Assembly (NCBI GenBank): GCA_003251795.1
Contig: QKEI01000055.1
Span: forward strand, 8,593 to 72,592
Direction of reading: 5' to 3'
DNA: 64,000 bases
Origin: Candidatus Muproteobacteria bacterium
GTDB lineage: Bacteria > Pseudomonadota > Gammaproteobacteria > Acidiferrobacterales > SPGG2
The notes under the pieces were generated by a model. It worked only from the letters and a program-made list of their open reading frames with translations, did no database searches and was not told where the DNA came from. How positions within the stretch are numbered: position 1 is the first letter of the stretch; each line of letters opens with the position of its first letter. This document shows, in pieces, positions 27,280 through 37,071 of this stretch. A program made the position numbers and the translations under genes.

Positions 27280-28562
27280 GTGGCTATCTCCGGATAGGTG
27301 ATGAGCAACGCCAGTACGATCATATCGAACAGGATGAAAGGGATAACACCTTTCACGACATGACGGAAGTCCGTGTACTTGTCGACAGCGCTCATCACCG
27401 CAAACAAGTTAATACCGACGGGTGGTGTGATCACCGATATTTCGATTAACTTGACCAGCACGATACCGAACCAGATGGGGTCGATCTGCAATGCCACGAC
27501 CACCGGGAACAAGAATGGCAGCGTCACGACCATCATGGAAGTGGTATCAAGGAAGCAGCCCAGCACGATATAGAGAATCGAGGCAAAAATCATGAACTTC
27601 AGCGGCGTGTCGGCCACATGCGTGATGGCCAGCACAAGCTCATCAATTACGCCGACCACCACAAGCATGCGTGACAGCAACAACCCGCCGATGAGAATGA
27701 CGAAGATGATGCAGCTGATCGAGGCCGCATCTTGCAATGCTGGCGGCAGCCAACCTCTGAGTGTGCGCTTGTGTCCGAGCGCCAGGCAGAACGCCCCGAA
27801 GGCGCCGGCCGCACCGGCCGCCGACGGCGGGAACAGGCCCGAGTAGATCCCGCCCAGCACCAGCGTCATAAGCACCACCACCGGCCAAACGTAGACGGCC
27901 GCACGCCACTTTTCGCGCAGGCTGGCATCGATGGTGATCGGCGGGGCAAGCGCGGGTTTGAAACGCACCAGTAGGTACACACCCACGAGATAGATAAAAG
28001 CAGTGAGGATACCGGGGATGACACCGGCAATTAGCAGCTGACCGACCGATTGCTCGGTCATGATCGCGTAGATCACCATGGTGATGGATGGCGGGATCAT
28101 CGCGGCGAAGCTGCCAGAACCGGCGATGGCGCCGATCGAGAGGCTGCGCGAGTAGCCGAACTTCATCATCTGCGGGAAGGCTATACGCGTGAACACCACA
28201 GCATTGACAATGGTCGAGCCGGAGATAGCAGCGAAGATTGCGGAACCGACGATGACTGCCTGATAGAGTCCGCCGCGGAAGCGGCGCAACCACAGATCCG
28301 CGGCGTAAAACACACGGTCGGTGATGCCCGAGGTCTCCGCCAGTACCCCCATCAACACGAACATGGGCAACACCGCGAAGGCATAGTTGTTCACTACCCA
28401 GAAGGGCAGGACCGTCAGCTGCCCGGCAGTCAGCGCCGGCCCCGCCGCCAGATACATGCCGGCGATACCGATGGTGCCCATGGCAACGCCCACCGGTATA
28501 CCAGCTGCCAGGAACACAAATAACAGTATCGCGCCGCCGTAACCGATGTAGAGGGGGTCCAT
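27249..28562 (-). CDS. dctM: TRAP transporter large permease
   Basis: A 437-aa polytopic protein with typical DctM sequence character, in dctPQM order. Confidence 0.9.
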   Translation of the reverse strand: MDPLYIGYGGAILLFVFLAAGIPVGVAMGTIGIAGMYLAAGPALTAGQLTVLPFWVVNNYAFAVLPMFVLMGVLAETSGITDRVFYAADLWLRRFRGGLYQAVIVGSAIFAAISGSTIVNAVVFTRIAFPQMMKFGYSRSLSIGAIAGSGSFAAMIPPSITMVIYAIMTEQSVGQLLIAGVIPGILTAFIYLVGVYLLVRFKPALAPPITIDASLREKWRAAVYVWPVVVLMTLVLGGIYSGLFPPSAAGAAGAFGAFCLALGHKRTLRGWLPPALQDAASISCIIFVILIGGLLLSRMLVVVGVIDELVLAITHVADTPLKFMIFASILYIVLGCFLDTTSMMVVTLPFLFPVVVALQIDPIWFGIVLVKLIEISVITPPVGINLFAVMSAVDKYTDFRHVVKGVIPFILFDMIVLALLITYPEIATWLPKKMIAG

Positions 28563-28578
28563 GCGCGCTCAGCTTCTC

Positions 28579-29130
28579 TTAGGAGTCCGTCGTTCCGGGG
28601 TAGCGCGAGTCAGTGCAGCGGTAGCGTTGAGCAAACAATCCGACAATGTCGAAGCAGCATTGGATGCTCAAAAGTGTGGCACCAAAGGCGAGAATGAACC
28701 GTGCAGGCCAGATCGGAAAGTTGATGAGCCCCGGCGCGTACTCGCCGACATTGAAACTGTGCACCGCAGCTGGCCAGGCGAACCAGGCGATCAGTCCAAA
28801 AAACGCTACAGCTAGAACATACTGTGCGACATCAGCCACTCGTTGCAGTATTCTCGGCAAGCGATTGACCAGCACTTCAACGCGTATGTGCTGGCGCCGC
28901 ACCTGGCCAAGCGAGACCGCGAGAAATACGTTGACCACCATCATCGTCGCCATGAACTCAAACGCCGCTGGGATCGGCGAACTCGGTAGCTTGAGCAAAT
29001 CGAGATTGGTGCCGATCACATCGGCCGCCCCAGCGAGCATCATCAGGAGCAGCGCTACGCCTGAGAGGAAGGCGCAAGCTAAGTTGATTCGTAGTAACCA
29101 GTGAGCGATGGCCGCGCGATCCGAATTCAT
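28579..29130 (-). CDS. dctQ: TRAP transporter small permease
   Basis: A four-TM small subunit between dctP and dctM. The ATG at 29130 is preceded by GGAGG. Confidence 0.75.
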   Translation of the reverse strand: MNSDRAAIAHWLLRINLACAFLSGVALLLMMLAGAADVIGTNLDLLKLPSSPIPAAFEFMATMMVVNVFLAVSLGQVRRQHIRVEVLVNRLPRILQRVADVAQYVLAVAFFGLIAWFAWPAAVHSFNVGEYAPGLINFPIWPARFILAFGATLLSIQCCFDIVGLFAQRYRCTDSRYPGTTDS

Positions 29131-29212
29131 GACCAGGCCTCCGGGGTGAGTGCTGGCACAGCAGAACTCCCGGCACGGCCGCAGGCCGTACCGGGAGTGG
29201 ATCAACTAACGT

Positions 29213-30250
29213 CTAGCTACCGACGACCTCGCGCCAGATTGTGATGGTCTTGCGCGCGGCATCACCGCGGCCAAGCTTTTCCTGCTCGGCGATGAAGTCA
29301 GCAAAAAAGTCAGGGTTGGCGGTCTTCCATTGCTTCTTGTCGGCCTCCGGGAATTCATGGAACTGCACACCCTTGGCCTTGAGCGTTGCCACTGCCGTCT
29401 CACCGGCGGCGACCACTTGATCGCGGTCGCGCTTGGCGGCTTCGAACGACACCTGCTGCACTACTTTTTGATGATCCGGCCGCATGTCATTCCAGACAGT
29501 GCGCGAGATCCACACGGCATTGGTCGGACCCTCCCAGAGCGTGATGTCATGCACGTGCTTGGCGACCTCGTAGATCTTGTAGTTGACCATCAGATCAACT
29601 GAGAAGGGAATGCAATCGACGGTGCCGCGGGACAGTCCTTCATAGAGTTCCGGTAATCCCAGTGTCACCGGCACACCGCCCGCAGCCTGCACCATGCGCG
29701 GCATGTCTTTGCCCCAGGTGCGCACCTTTTTACCCTTCATGTCAGACAGTCCGCTTATTTGCTCTTTGCACACGAGCTTATAGGGATTGAGGTGATGGAA
29801 GAACAGGGATTTCATGCCGTTGCGTGCTGCCTCCTGGTCAAACTCGGGCACCTCGGTCAGCAATCGTTCCATGAGTGTGGTGGCTTGTGACACCTCCGAC
29901 ATGGCCATGGGGATCGAGTTCGGAGCCGCATGAAACGGCAGCTCCGCTGGGAAGTAACCGGGCGACATGGCGGCGAGATCGATCGCGCCTTTTTGTATCA
30001 ACCCCAGATTCTCCTTGGCCTTGCCGAGCGCACCTTCCCAGAAGATCTTTATGTTCACTGTGCCGTCCGTGCGCTGGCGGATCTCCTCGGCCCACCATTT
30101 GTCTACCTGCGCGCCGGCGGTGGTTTCCGTCCACTGACTGCTCATGCGCAGCTTGACCAGGCTATCGAGCGCGCGCGCCGGCGATGCAGTGAATACCAGT
30201 GTTGCCGCTGCCAACAATGCGGCTACGATGCCGAATGAACGCGTATACAT
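29213..30250 (-). CDS. dctP: TRAP transporter solute-binding protein
   Basis: A signal peptide followed by a DctP-family periplasmic domain. It is the first gene of the dctPQM operon. Confidence 0.85.
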   Translation of the reverse strand: MYTRSFGIVAALLAAATLVFTASPARALDSLVKLRMSSQWTETTAGAQVDKWWAEEIRQRTDGTVNIKIFWEGALGKAKENLGLIQKGAIDLAAMSPGYFPAELPFHAAPNSIPMAMSEVSQATTLMERLLTEVPEFDQEAARNGMKSLFFHHLNPYKLVCKEQISGLSDMKGKKVRTWGKDMPRMVQAAGGVPVTLGLPELYEGLSRGTVDCIPFSVDLMVNYKIYEVAKHVHDITLWEGPTNAVWISRTVWNDMRPDHQKVVQQVSFEAAKRDRDQVVAAGETAVATLKAKGVQFHEFPEADKKQWKTANPDFFADFIAEQEKLGRGDAARKTITIWREVVGS

Positions 30251-30396
30251 ATTCCCCTCCTAGTTATTTGGTGTGTTAGACCAAAACGATATTGACAAAT
30301 AGCCGGCTTCAATTCAATCTTCTAGAACTATGGAGGAGTCATCTGGCTGCGCGTTTTGGCGCAGTGCAGCGTGCGCACAACAACGAGGACCCCACC

Positions 30397-32508
30397 ATGA
30401 CTAGCGGCACGCCAGACCTCGGTTCACAGCTCGCCAAGATTAAAGGGGCCAAGGTTATCAAGAGCTTTTGCTATACCTGTCCCTGGCAATGTCCGACCGA
30501 GGTCTTTGTCAGAGACGGCAAGGTTGTTTATCACAAAGGTAATCCGGAATCGCCTAACAATATTGGCTCACGCTGCGCCAAGGGTATGGCGAGCTGGTAC
30601 GTCACCCAGGACCCGGACCGGCTCAAATTTCCGCTGCTGCGCACCAACGCCAAAGGCGGGCCGGGCCAGTTCAAACGCGTCTCCTGGGACGAGGCATTCG
30701 CCTTCATCGCCGATAAGCTCAAGCACATAAAAGACAAGTGGGGTCCGGAGGCGGTCGCCTTTACGTGCCACCACGATCCCAACTCCCATTTCTACTGGCA
30801 CCTGTTGCGCGATCTCTACGGCAGCCCGAACATGTACACGCACACCTCGGGCTGCGAGCAGGACCGACGCGCGGCTTGCCTGACGTTGTTCGGGCACGTG
30901 TTTCCCATGCATGACTTTGCCAACTCGCGCTATGTGATGCTGTGGGGCATGAACATGCTCGGCGCCAATCAGGGGCTGTGGGAAAGCCGGGCGCTGATGG
31001 AGGCCAAGAACAAGGGCTGCAAGCTCGTGGTGGTCGATCCCAACTTCACCGAGACGGCACAGAAGGCGGACGAGTGGGTACCGATTCAGCCCGGCACCGA
31101 TGGCGCGATGGCGCTGGCGATGTGCCGCGTGATCATCGACGATAACCTGTACGACAGCGATTTCGTCAATAAGTACTGCGAGGGTTTCGCCGGATTCCGT
31201 GATCATGTGCGTGACAAGGGCTACACGCCGCAGTGGGCCGAACCTATTTGCGGCATTCCGGCGGCGACCATCACACGCCTGGCGCGCGAGTTCGCTAGCA
31301 CCAAACCGGCGATGTCCGCCATCTTCAAGGGCTCCGGCTACTACACCAACGGCGCCGATGCCGGTCGCGCCTGCTATATCCTCGACGCCATTACCGGCGA
31401 GCTCGATAAGCCCGGCAACCTGCACTTGAAAGACTGGGCACCGCTCGCGCCCGCGGTAAACATCCCGGAGGACGCCAAGGGCAAGGCGACCAAGCCGCCA
31501 CTGCACATTGCCATGGGCTATCCATTGGCGCCCGATCTGCCCAATGCGCGCCTGCCGAACGCTGTCATCAACGCCGACCCCTATCCGGTGAAGGCGCTGT
31601 TCGTGCAGTCCACCAACCCGGTGATGAGTGACCCGAATCGCGATGCCGTGCAAGAAATGTTCAAGCAACTGGAGCTGGCAGTGACCTGCGAAATCTACAT
31701 GAGCGAGACGGCGCTCGAGTCCGACATCGTGTTGCCCGAGACTTCGTTTTATGAACATGCCGAGATTCGCCAGGGCATGTGGTTGGGGCCGGAGGTGGTG
31801 TTGTGCCAGCCCGCGGTAGCGCCCCCGGGAGAGGCTAAGCCAGCGTACGAGATCGTCAAGGGCATCGCCCAGAAGATGGGCTGGGGCCAGTACTTTCCCT
31901 ACGAGAAGTGGGAGGACTGGGGTGAGCTCATGATGAAGGATATACCCATGTCGCTCGCCGAGCTCAAACAAAAGGGTTTCTGGGCTGGTCCGATCCGCTA
32001 CCACCGCGTACCCGAAGGCTTGGCAACTCCTTCGACCAAGGTGGAGATCTATTCCAAGGCCTATGCCGATGCCGGTTTCGACCCGTATCCGGTATACCGC
32101 GAGCGCAGCGTCAAGCCCGATGCGCAGTACCCATTACAGGTCACGCATTCCAAGTTCAGCATGCACTGCAATATTGTCACGCAGAACAACCCTTATCTGA
32201 TGGAGATCTGCGGCGAGAACTGGGTGGAGATCAATACGCTCGACGCGCAGAAGTACGGCATCCAGGACGACAGCTATGTCGTCGTCGAATCACCCAAGGA
32301 CCAGATCAAGATCAAGGCCAAGGTGGTCGAGGGTTTGGTGCCCGGTTGCGTCAGTATCCGCCACGGTCACGGTTTCGGCCACTGGGCCATGGGAACGCAT
32401 GCTAAAGGCAAGGGCGCGCACTCCAATAACCTCATGGACAGCTATACCAATCCGATCACCGGCGCCAACTGTTACAACGAGTGCAAGGTGCGAGTGCGTC
32501 CGGCTTAG
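30397..32508 (+). CDS. Molybdopterin (Mo/W-bisPGD) oxidoreductase catalytic subunit, PsrA/PhsA/ArrA-like, no Tat signal
   Basis: N-terminal FS0 motif CYTCPWQC-x27-C, a candidate Mo-ligand Cys in HTSGCEQD, and MGD-binding segments. The ATG at 30397 has GAGGA upstream. No RR motif is present in either possible N-terminus. Confidence 0.85.
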   Translation: MTSGTPDLGSQLAKIKGAKVIKSFCYTCPWQCPTEVFVRDGKVVYHKGNPESPNNIGSRCAKGMASWYVTQDPDRLKFPLLRTNAKGGPGQFKRVSWDEAFAFIADKLKHIKDKWGPEAVAFTCHHDPNSHFYWHLLRDLYGSPNMYTHTSGCEQDRRAACLTLFGHVFPMHDFANSRYVMLWGMNMLGANQGLWESRALMEAKNKGCKLVVVDPNFTETAQKADEWVPIQPGTDGAMALAMCRVIIDDNLYDSDFVNKYCEGFAGFRDHVRDKGYTPQWAEPICGIPAATITRLAREFASTKPAMSAIFKGSGYYTNGADAGRACYILDAITGELDKPGNLHLKDWAPLAPAVNIPEDAKGKATKPPLHIAMGYPLAPDLPNARLPNAVINADPYPVKALFVQSTNPVMSDPNRDAVQEMFKQLELAVTCEIYMSETALESDIVLPETSFYEHAEIRQGMWLGPEVVLCQPAVAPPGEAKPAYEIVKGIAQKMGWGQYFPYEKWEDWGELMMKDIPMSLAELKQKGFWAGPIRYHRVPEGLATPSTKVEIYSKAYADAGFDPYPVYRERSVKPDAQYPLQVTHSKFSMHCNIVTQNNPYLMEICGENWVEINTLDAQKYGIQDDSYVVVESPKDQIKIKAKVVEGLVPGCVSIRHGHGFGHWAMGTHAKGKGAHSNNLMDSYTNPITGANCYNECKVRVRPA

Positions 32509-32519
32509 GGGGGGCGACC

Positions 32520-33080
32520 ATGCAATACGGTTTCTACTTCGATCATAAGCGCTGCGTGAAATGTCACGCGTGCGAGATTGCCTGCAAGACGTGGAACGAG
32601 GTCGAGATCGGCCCGCGTTGGCGCGAAGTCGTCAAGATTACCTCCGGCACCTTCCCAAACGTGACGGCAATGAATGTGTCGATGGCCTGTATGCATTGCG
32701 GCGATGCGCCATGCCGAAACGCCTGCCCGGTGAACGCGATCAGCAAGCGCACCGAGGATGGCATCGTCCTCGTCGATCAAAACAAATGCATCGGTTGCGG
32801 CTTCTGCACATGGGCGTGCCCATTTAATGCACCGCAGCTCTCGGCCATGGCCGGCAAGATGGAAAAATGTAACTTCTGCCAGACGCCCGGCAAGGAACGG
32901 CCACTCGGCATGCCGCGGGCGTGCGAGGAGATCTGTCCGACCGGTGCCATACGCTCAGGTTCGATGACGGAGCTGGCCAGCAGCGGCCGCGAACGTGCCG
33001 CCGAGCGCCTCGCCGCGCAGGGCCTGCCCGGGTTGATTCTGGATGCGCAGCAGCGCTTTGGCGTTGCCGGCGGTGACTAG
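32520..33080 (+). CDS. 4x[4Fe-4S] ferredoxin-type electron-transfer subunit (PsrB/DmsB-like)
   Basis: CVKCHACEIAC, CMHCGDAPC, CIGCGFCTWAC and CNFC...C cluster motifs. Its ATG lies 12 nt after the alpha-subunit stop. Confidence 0.85.
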   Translation: MQYGFYFDHKRCVKCHACEIACKTWNEVEIGPRWREVVKITSGTFPNVTAMNVSMACMHCGDAPCRNACPVNAISKRTEDGIVLVDQNKCIGCGFCTWACPFNAPQLSAMAGKMEKCNFCQTPGKERPLGMPRACEEICPTGAIRSGSMTELASSGRERAAERLAAQGLPGLILDAQQRFGVAGGD

Positions 33081-33123
33081 GTGACAACGGCGTTTGAGAT
33101 TTTGGGTGAAGAGGGGGGTCAGC

Positions 33124-33468
33124 ATGAACAAGATGAGCAAACCAGAGGTCATCGACGCGCTGTGTGCACTCGCTCACGAAAGCCGTCTCGATATTTTTCG
33201 CTACCTTATTCAGAAAGGCTTCACCGGCGCAGCCGCCGGCCAGATCGCTGGGAAACTTCGTCTGCCGTCGGCGACGCTTTCGTTTCACTTGAGTGCGCTC
33301 AAGCAAGCCGGTCTGGTCGTCGCCCGACGCGAGAGTCGTTCCATCATTTACAGCGCCAGCTTCGACAGCATGAATGCATTAGTGGCTTATCTGCTGTCGA
33401 ATTGCTGTGGCGGTGTGCCGGAGGCGTGTGCCGAGTTGATCTCATTAGACGCAGCGAAAGGCCGCTAG
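33124..33468 (+). CDS. arsR: ArsR/SmtB-family metalloregulator with a C-terminal Cys triad
   Basis: wHTH ESRLDIFRYL...LSFHLSALKQAGLV. The C-terminal SNCCGGVPEAC (a vicinal Cys pair plus a third Cys) is reminiscent of the Acidithiobacillus-type As(III) site. Confidence 0.8.
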   Translation: MNKMSKPEVIDALCALAHESRLDIFRYLIQKGFTGAAAGQIAGKLRLPSATLSFHLSALKQAGLVVARRESRSIIYSASFDSMNALVAYLLSNCCGGVPEACAELISLDAAKGR

Positions 33469-33539
33469 CGATGTAGCCACGCGTCACGCTCAGGATCGCC
33501 TCAACGCGACCCAATGATCATAAAAGAGGGTGGAGAGGA

Positions 33540-34409
33540 ATGTTAGGCCAACAGATCATGAGTGGTTTAGCCACCGGCAGTCTCTATGCTTTGACTGCCG
33601 TGGCGGTGGTCGTGGTCTTCCGCAATACCCGCACTATTAACCTCGCGCAGGGTGATTTCTCGATGATGGGCGCGTTTATCGCCATCATTCTGCTGAAGAC
33701 TTACGGACTCAACTACTATGCGACCATTGTCTTGTGCGTGCTCGCGATCATGGCATTGGGCGTGCTTACCGAGCGCCTGGTCATGCGTCCGATTGCCGAC
33801 TCCGACTGGTTAACGCTGTTTACTGCCACGCTCGGTGTCTACTACATCTTGCACGGCGTTGCCGGTTGGATCTGGGGGCGCGACACCAAGGCATTTCCGG
33901 TTACGTTCGATCCGACGCCGGTGCATATCTTCGGCACAGTCGTCAGTCACGGACACCTAATCAACATGGGTTGGGCGGCGGCCATCGGCGTCGTGTTGTA
34001 CGTATTTTTCAAGTACACCAAACAGGGCATCGCCATGCGCGCTGTTACTGACGACCCGGAAACCGCCAAGCTCATGGGCATCCCCGTCCGGTTCATTGTC
34101 ACACTGACGTGGGCGATGGCGGGATTTCTCGCGGCGTTCATTGGCATCCTGATCGCGCCCATCATCTATGTGGCGCCGGAAATGATGGACGAGGTGTTGA
34201 TCAAGGGTTACGTCGCCGCGGTTTTCGGTGGGCTCTATTCGATCCCAGGGGCGATCATCGGCGCGCTCATGATCGGCGTGGCGGAAAATCTGGCCGGTGG
34301 TTATCTGGGGTCACATTACAAGACGGCCACCGCGTTTGCCATGATTGTGGTCTTGCTTACGTTCAGGCCGCAGGGGCTGTTCGGTATTCAGAAGCGCCGT
34401 GAGATCTAA
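33540..34409 (+). CDS. livH: Branched-chain-amino-acid-type (HAAT) ABC transporter permease
   Basis: LivH-like membrane protein, first gene of a five-gene HAAT cassette. Confidence 0.85.
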   Translation: MLGQQIMSGLATGSLYALTAVAVVVVFRNTRTINLAQGDFSMMGAFIAIILLKTYGLNYYATIVLCVLAIMALGVLTERLVMRPIADSDWLTLFTATLGVYYILHGVAGWIWGRDTKAFPVTFDPTPVHIFGTVVSHGHLINMGWAAAIGVVLYVFFKYTKQGIAMRAVTDDPETAKLMGIPVRFIVTLTWAMAGFLAAFIGILIAPIIYVAPEMMDEVLIKGYVAAVFGGLYSIPGAIIGALMIGVAENLAGGYLGSHYKTATAFAMIVVLLTFRPQGLFGIQKRREI

Positions 34410-34427
34410 GCGCCACGGGAGTAGCGA

Positions 34428-35519
34428 GTGAACGAGATGGTTGCGGCGGCGCGAACGTCTGCGCCGATAGCAAATCGACAGGCTGTTGCCGCGCTGAAAG
34501 CGAGATTCGCGCAACAGAACTGGATCTTCGCCGGTGTCTTGTTTGCATTGCTGGCGCTAGTGCCACTGCTGCCGGTGGTCGAAGGCTGGATGGCGACACA
34601 GGCGGCGCTGGTGATCATCTATATCCTGGCAGCGCAAGGCGTAAGCGTGTTGACCGGCCACACGGGTTTGGTAACCGTAGGTCACGGCGGTTTCCTCGCC
34701 ATTGGTGCCTATACTTCGGCGCTGATGAGCCACTATCTGGGTGCGGATCTGCTGAGCGGTATGATTTGCGGCGGCCTCATGGCCGCGCTTATCGGCTGCC
34801 TTTTGGGTCTGATCTTTCTCAGGCTTGCCGGCGCTTTCATGGCCATCGGTACCTTGGGTTTCGCCTTCTTCATCGGCACCATCGTCAACAACGTGCCGAT
34901 CTTCAATGGACGCACGGGTTTCTCGTTACCGCCGAATAATCTCTTCGGTGTCATCGATATCGGCGATTTCGGGTTCTACTACGTGTGCCTCGTGACCTTG
35001 GCATTAATGACGTTATTCATGTACAGCCTAGTGCGGTCCGGCGTCGGTCGCGCGTTTAAAGCGCTGCGCGATGCCGAGAAGGCGGCACAAAGCAGCGGCG
35101 TAAACCGCCTCTTCTACCGGACTTTGGCCTTTACCATCAGCGCCTTTATCACCGGCGTTGCCGGCGCCTTGAATGGCCACATCGTGAGCTTCGTGTCTGC
35201 CGAGGTCTACGCCGACATCTGGTACTCGGTAGACATTCTGGTCGCAGCCATCGTCGGCGGTTCGGCCATGTTGTTCGGCCCGTTCATCGGTGGTGTCTTT
35301 ATCGTCATGGTGCCGTTCTTCTTCGAGGAGCTGGCAGATTTCTCCTTTATCCTCAAGGGCATCGTCTTGATTGGTGTGCTCATGTTGGCACCAGCAGGCG
35401 TGGCCGACGTCGCGGCCAGACCGTTTCGTGCGATGCGGCAACGCGCGCTCGCTCAGGCGGGCGGCGCGACAGCTCGTGAGCACGGCAGAACAGGTGGATC
35501 GCCTGGGGGCGCGGAATGA
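34428..35519 (+). CDS. livM: HAAT ABC transporter permease
   Basis: LivM-like membrane protein. Confidence 0.85.
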   Translation: MNEMVAAARTSAPIANRQAVAALKARFAQQNWIFAGVLFALLALVPLLPVVEGWMATQAALVIIYILAAQGVSVLTGHTGLVTVGHGGFLAIGAYTSALMSHYLGADLLSGMICGGLMAALIGCLLGLIFLRLAGAFMAIGTLGFAFFIGTIVNNVPIFNGRTGFSLPPNNLFGVIDIGDFGFYYVCLVTLALMTLFMYSLVRSGVGRAFKALRDAEKAAQSSGVNRLFYRTLAFTISAFITGVAGALNGHIVSFVSAEVYADIWYSVDILVAAIVGGSAMLFGPFIGGVFIVMVPFFFEELADFSFILKGIVLIGVLMLAPAGVADVAARPFRAMRQRALAQAGGATAREHGRTGGSPGGAE

Positions 35520-36289
35520 CTCAGCTGCGCTGCGAAAACATTACGGTGAGCTTTGGCGGTGTTGTTGCTTGCAACAACATCAGTCTGGAAGTGCCGACGG
35601 GCAAGATCGTCGGTCTGATCGGTCCTAATGGCGCCGGTAAGACAACGCTATTCAACGTGCTCAGCCGATTCCAGGATCATGATAGCGGCCATATCTATTA
35701 TCGCGATCAAGACATCGACCGCAAAAAGCCGCACCAGATGGTCGAGCTCGGTATGGCGCGCACCTTTCAAAACATCAATCTTTTCGGTGAGCAATCCACG
35801 CTCGATAACATCCTTATTGGTGCGCACCATCTCATCGGCAATCCCTTCGCCGACATGTTCTCGCTGCCGGCGGCGCGCCGCACAGAGCGCTCGTTGGTGC
35901 AGCGGGCAAACGAGATCGCGGAGATGCTGCACATGCAAGACGAACTCGACACCCTCGTCAAGAATCTGCCCTATGGCTATCGCAAGCGCGTTGAGCTGGC
36001 GCGCGCGCTGGCATCGCAGCCCGAGTTGATCCTGCTCGACGAACCGGTGGCCGGTTGCAACGATGAAGAGACCGATGAGCTCAGGGGCATCGTGCAACGC
36101 TTAAATCGCGAGCTCGGCATCACGATTTTTCTGGTTGAGCACGATATGTCGATGGTAATGAATGTGTGCGACTACATTTACGTGATCAACTTCGGCTCCA
36201 ATCTTGCCGATGGCACGCCGGCGGAAGTGCAGGCGAACGCGGATGTCATCAGCGCTTATTTAGGTGAGGAGCACGATGACGCTGCTTAG
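35516..36289 (+). CDS. livG: HAAT ABC transporter ATP-binding protein
   Basis: Walker A GPNGAGKTT, the signature LPYGYRKRVE.. and Walker B LILLDEP. Confidence 0.9.
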   Translation: MTQLRCENITVSFGGVVACNNISLEVPTGKIVGLIGPNGAGKTTLFNVLSRFQDHDSGHIYYRDQDIDRKKPHQMVELGMARTFQNINLFGEQSTLDNILIGAHHLIGNPFADMFSLPAARRTERSLVQRANEIAEMLHMQDELDTLVKNLPYGYRKRVELARALASQPELILLDEPVAGCNDEETDELRGIVQRLNRELGITIFLVEHDMSMVMNVCDYIYVINFGSNLADGTPAEVQANADVISAYLGEEHDDAA

Positions 36290-36995
36290 GCTGGAAAACG
36301 TGGTGGCGAGTTACGGTGCCGTACGCGCGCTGCAAGGTATCTCGATTGATGTGCAGAGTGGCGCAATCGTTGCCCTGCTCGGCGCCAACGGTGCCGGCAA
36401 GTCGACCACGCTAAAGACGATCTCGGGCATGGTGCGACCGGCCTCGGGTTTCGTCGAGTACGACGGGCAGCGCCTCGAGGGCAAGACCCCGAATCAGATC
36501 GTCCGTCTGGGTATCGCCCAGATACCTGAAGGCCGCAAGATCTTCAAGGACTTGACGGTGTCGGAAAATCTGCGCATGGGCGCCTATACGCGCAAGGACA
36601 AGGCGGGCATCGAACAAGACCAGGAGCTGGTGTTTGTGCTGTTCCCGATCCTCAAGGAACGGGCCAGGCAGCTCGGCGGCTCCTTAAGTGGCGGCGAGCA
36701 GCAGATGTTGGCGATCGGCAGGGGCCTGATGGCGCGACCGCGGTTGCTGCTGCTAGATGAGCCGTCGCTGGGATTGGCGCCGCTGCTGGTCGCGGACATC
36801 TTCCAGGCCCTGCGCAGAATCAATAAGGAGCGCGGTACCACATTGCTGATCGTCGAGCAGAACGCACATGTGGCGTTGAAGAACGCTAATTTCGGTTATG
36901 TGCTACAAGTCGGCAGAGTGGCCACTGAGGGTACGTCGGAGGAGCTACAACGTAACAGGGAGGTAGTCGAGTCGTATATGGGAACACAGCAGTAG
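36276..36995 (+). CDS. livF: HAAT ABC transporter ATP-binding protein
   Basis: Walker A GANGAGKST, LSGGEQQML and LLLLDEPS. Confidence 0.9.
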   Translation: MTLLRLENVVASYGAVRALQGISIDVQSGAIVALLGANGAGKSTTLKTISGMVRPASGFVEYDGQRLEGKTPNQIVRLGIAQIPEGRKIFKDLTVSENLRMGAYTRKDKAGIEQDQELVFVLFPILKERARQLGGSLSGGEQQMLAIGRGLMARPRLLLLDEPSLGLAPLLVADIFQALRRINKERGTTLLIVEQNAHVALKNANFGYVLQVGRVATEGTSEELQRNREVVESYMGTQQ

Positions 36996-37071
36996 TGCAA
37001 GAGTGCCATGGAACGGTGTGCTGTAAATGGGGTCAAGAAGTCTTAATTAGGAGGCTCAACTGGAGGTCGAT

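Noticed and set aside
30568-32004. A 478-aa ORF antisense to the molybdoenzyme gene. Similar long antisense or out-of-frame ORFs occur at 37396-38316, 39480-40424, 21523-22452, 38447-39064 and 14638-15240.
   Set aside because: These are typical GC-rich shadow ORFs. They are Arg/Ala/Gly/His-rich low-complexity translations with no motifs, and each fully overlaps a gene with strong family signatures on the other strand.
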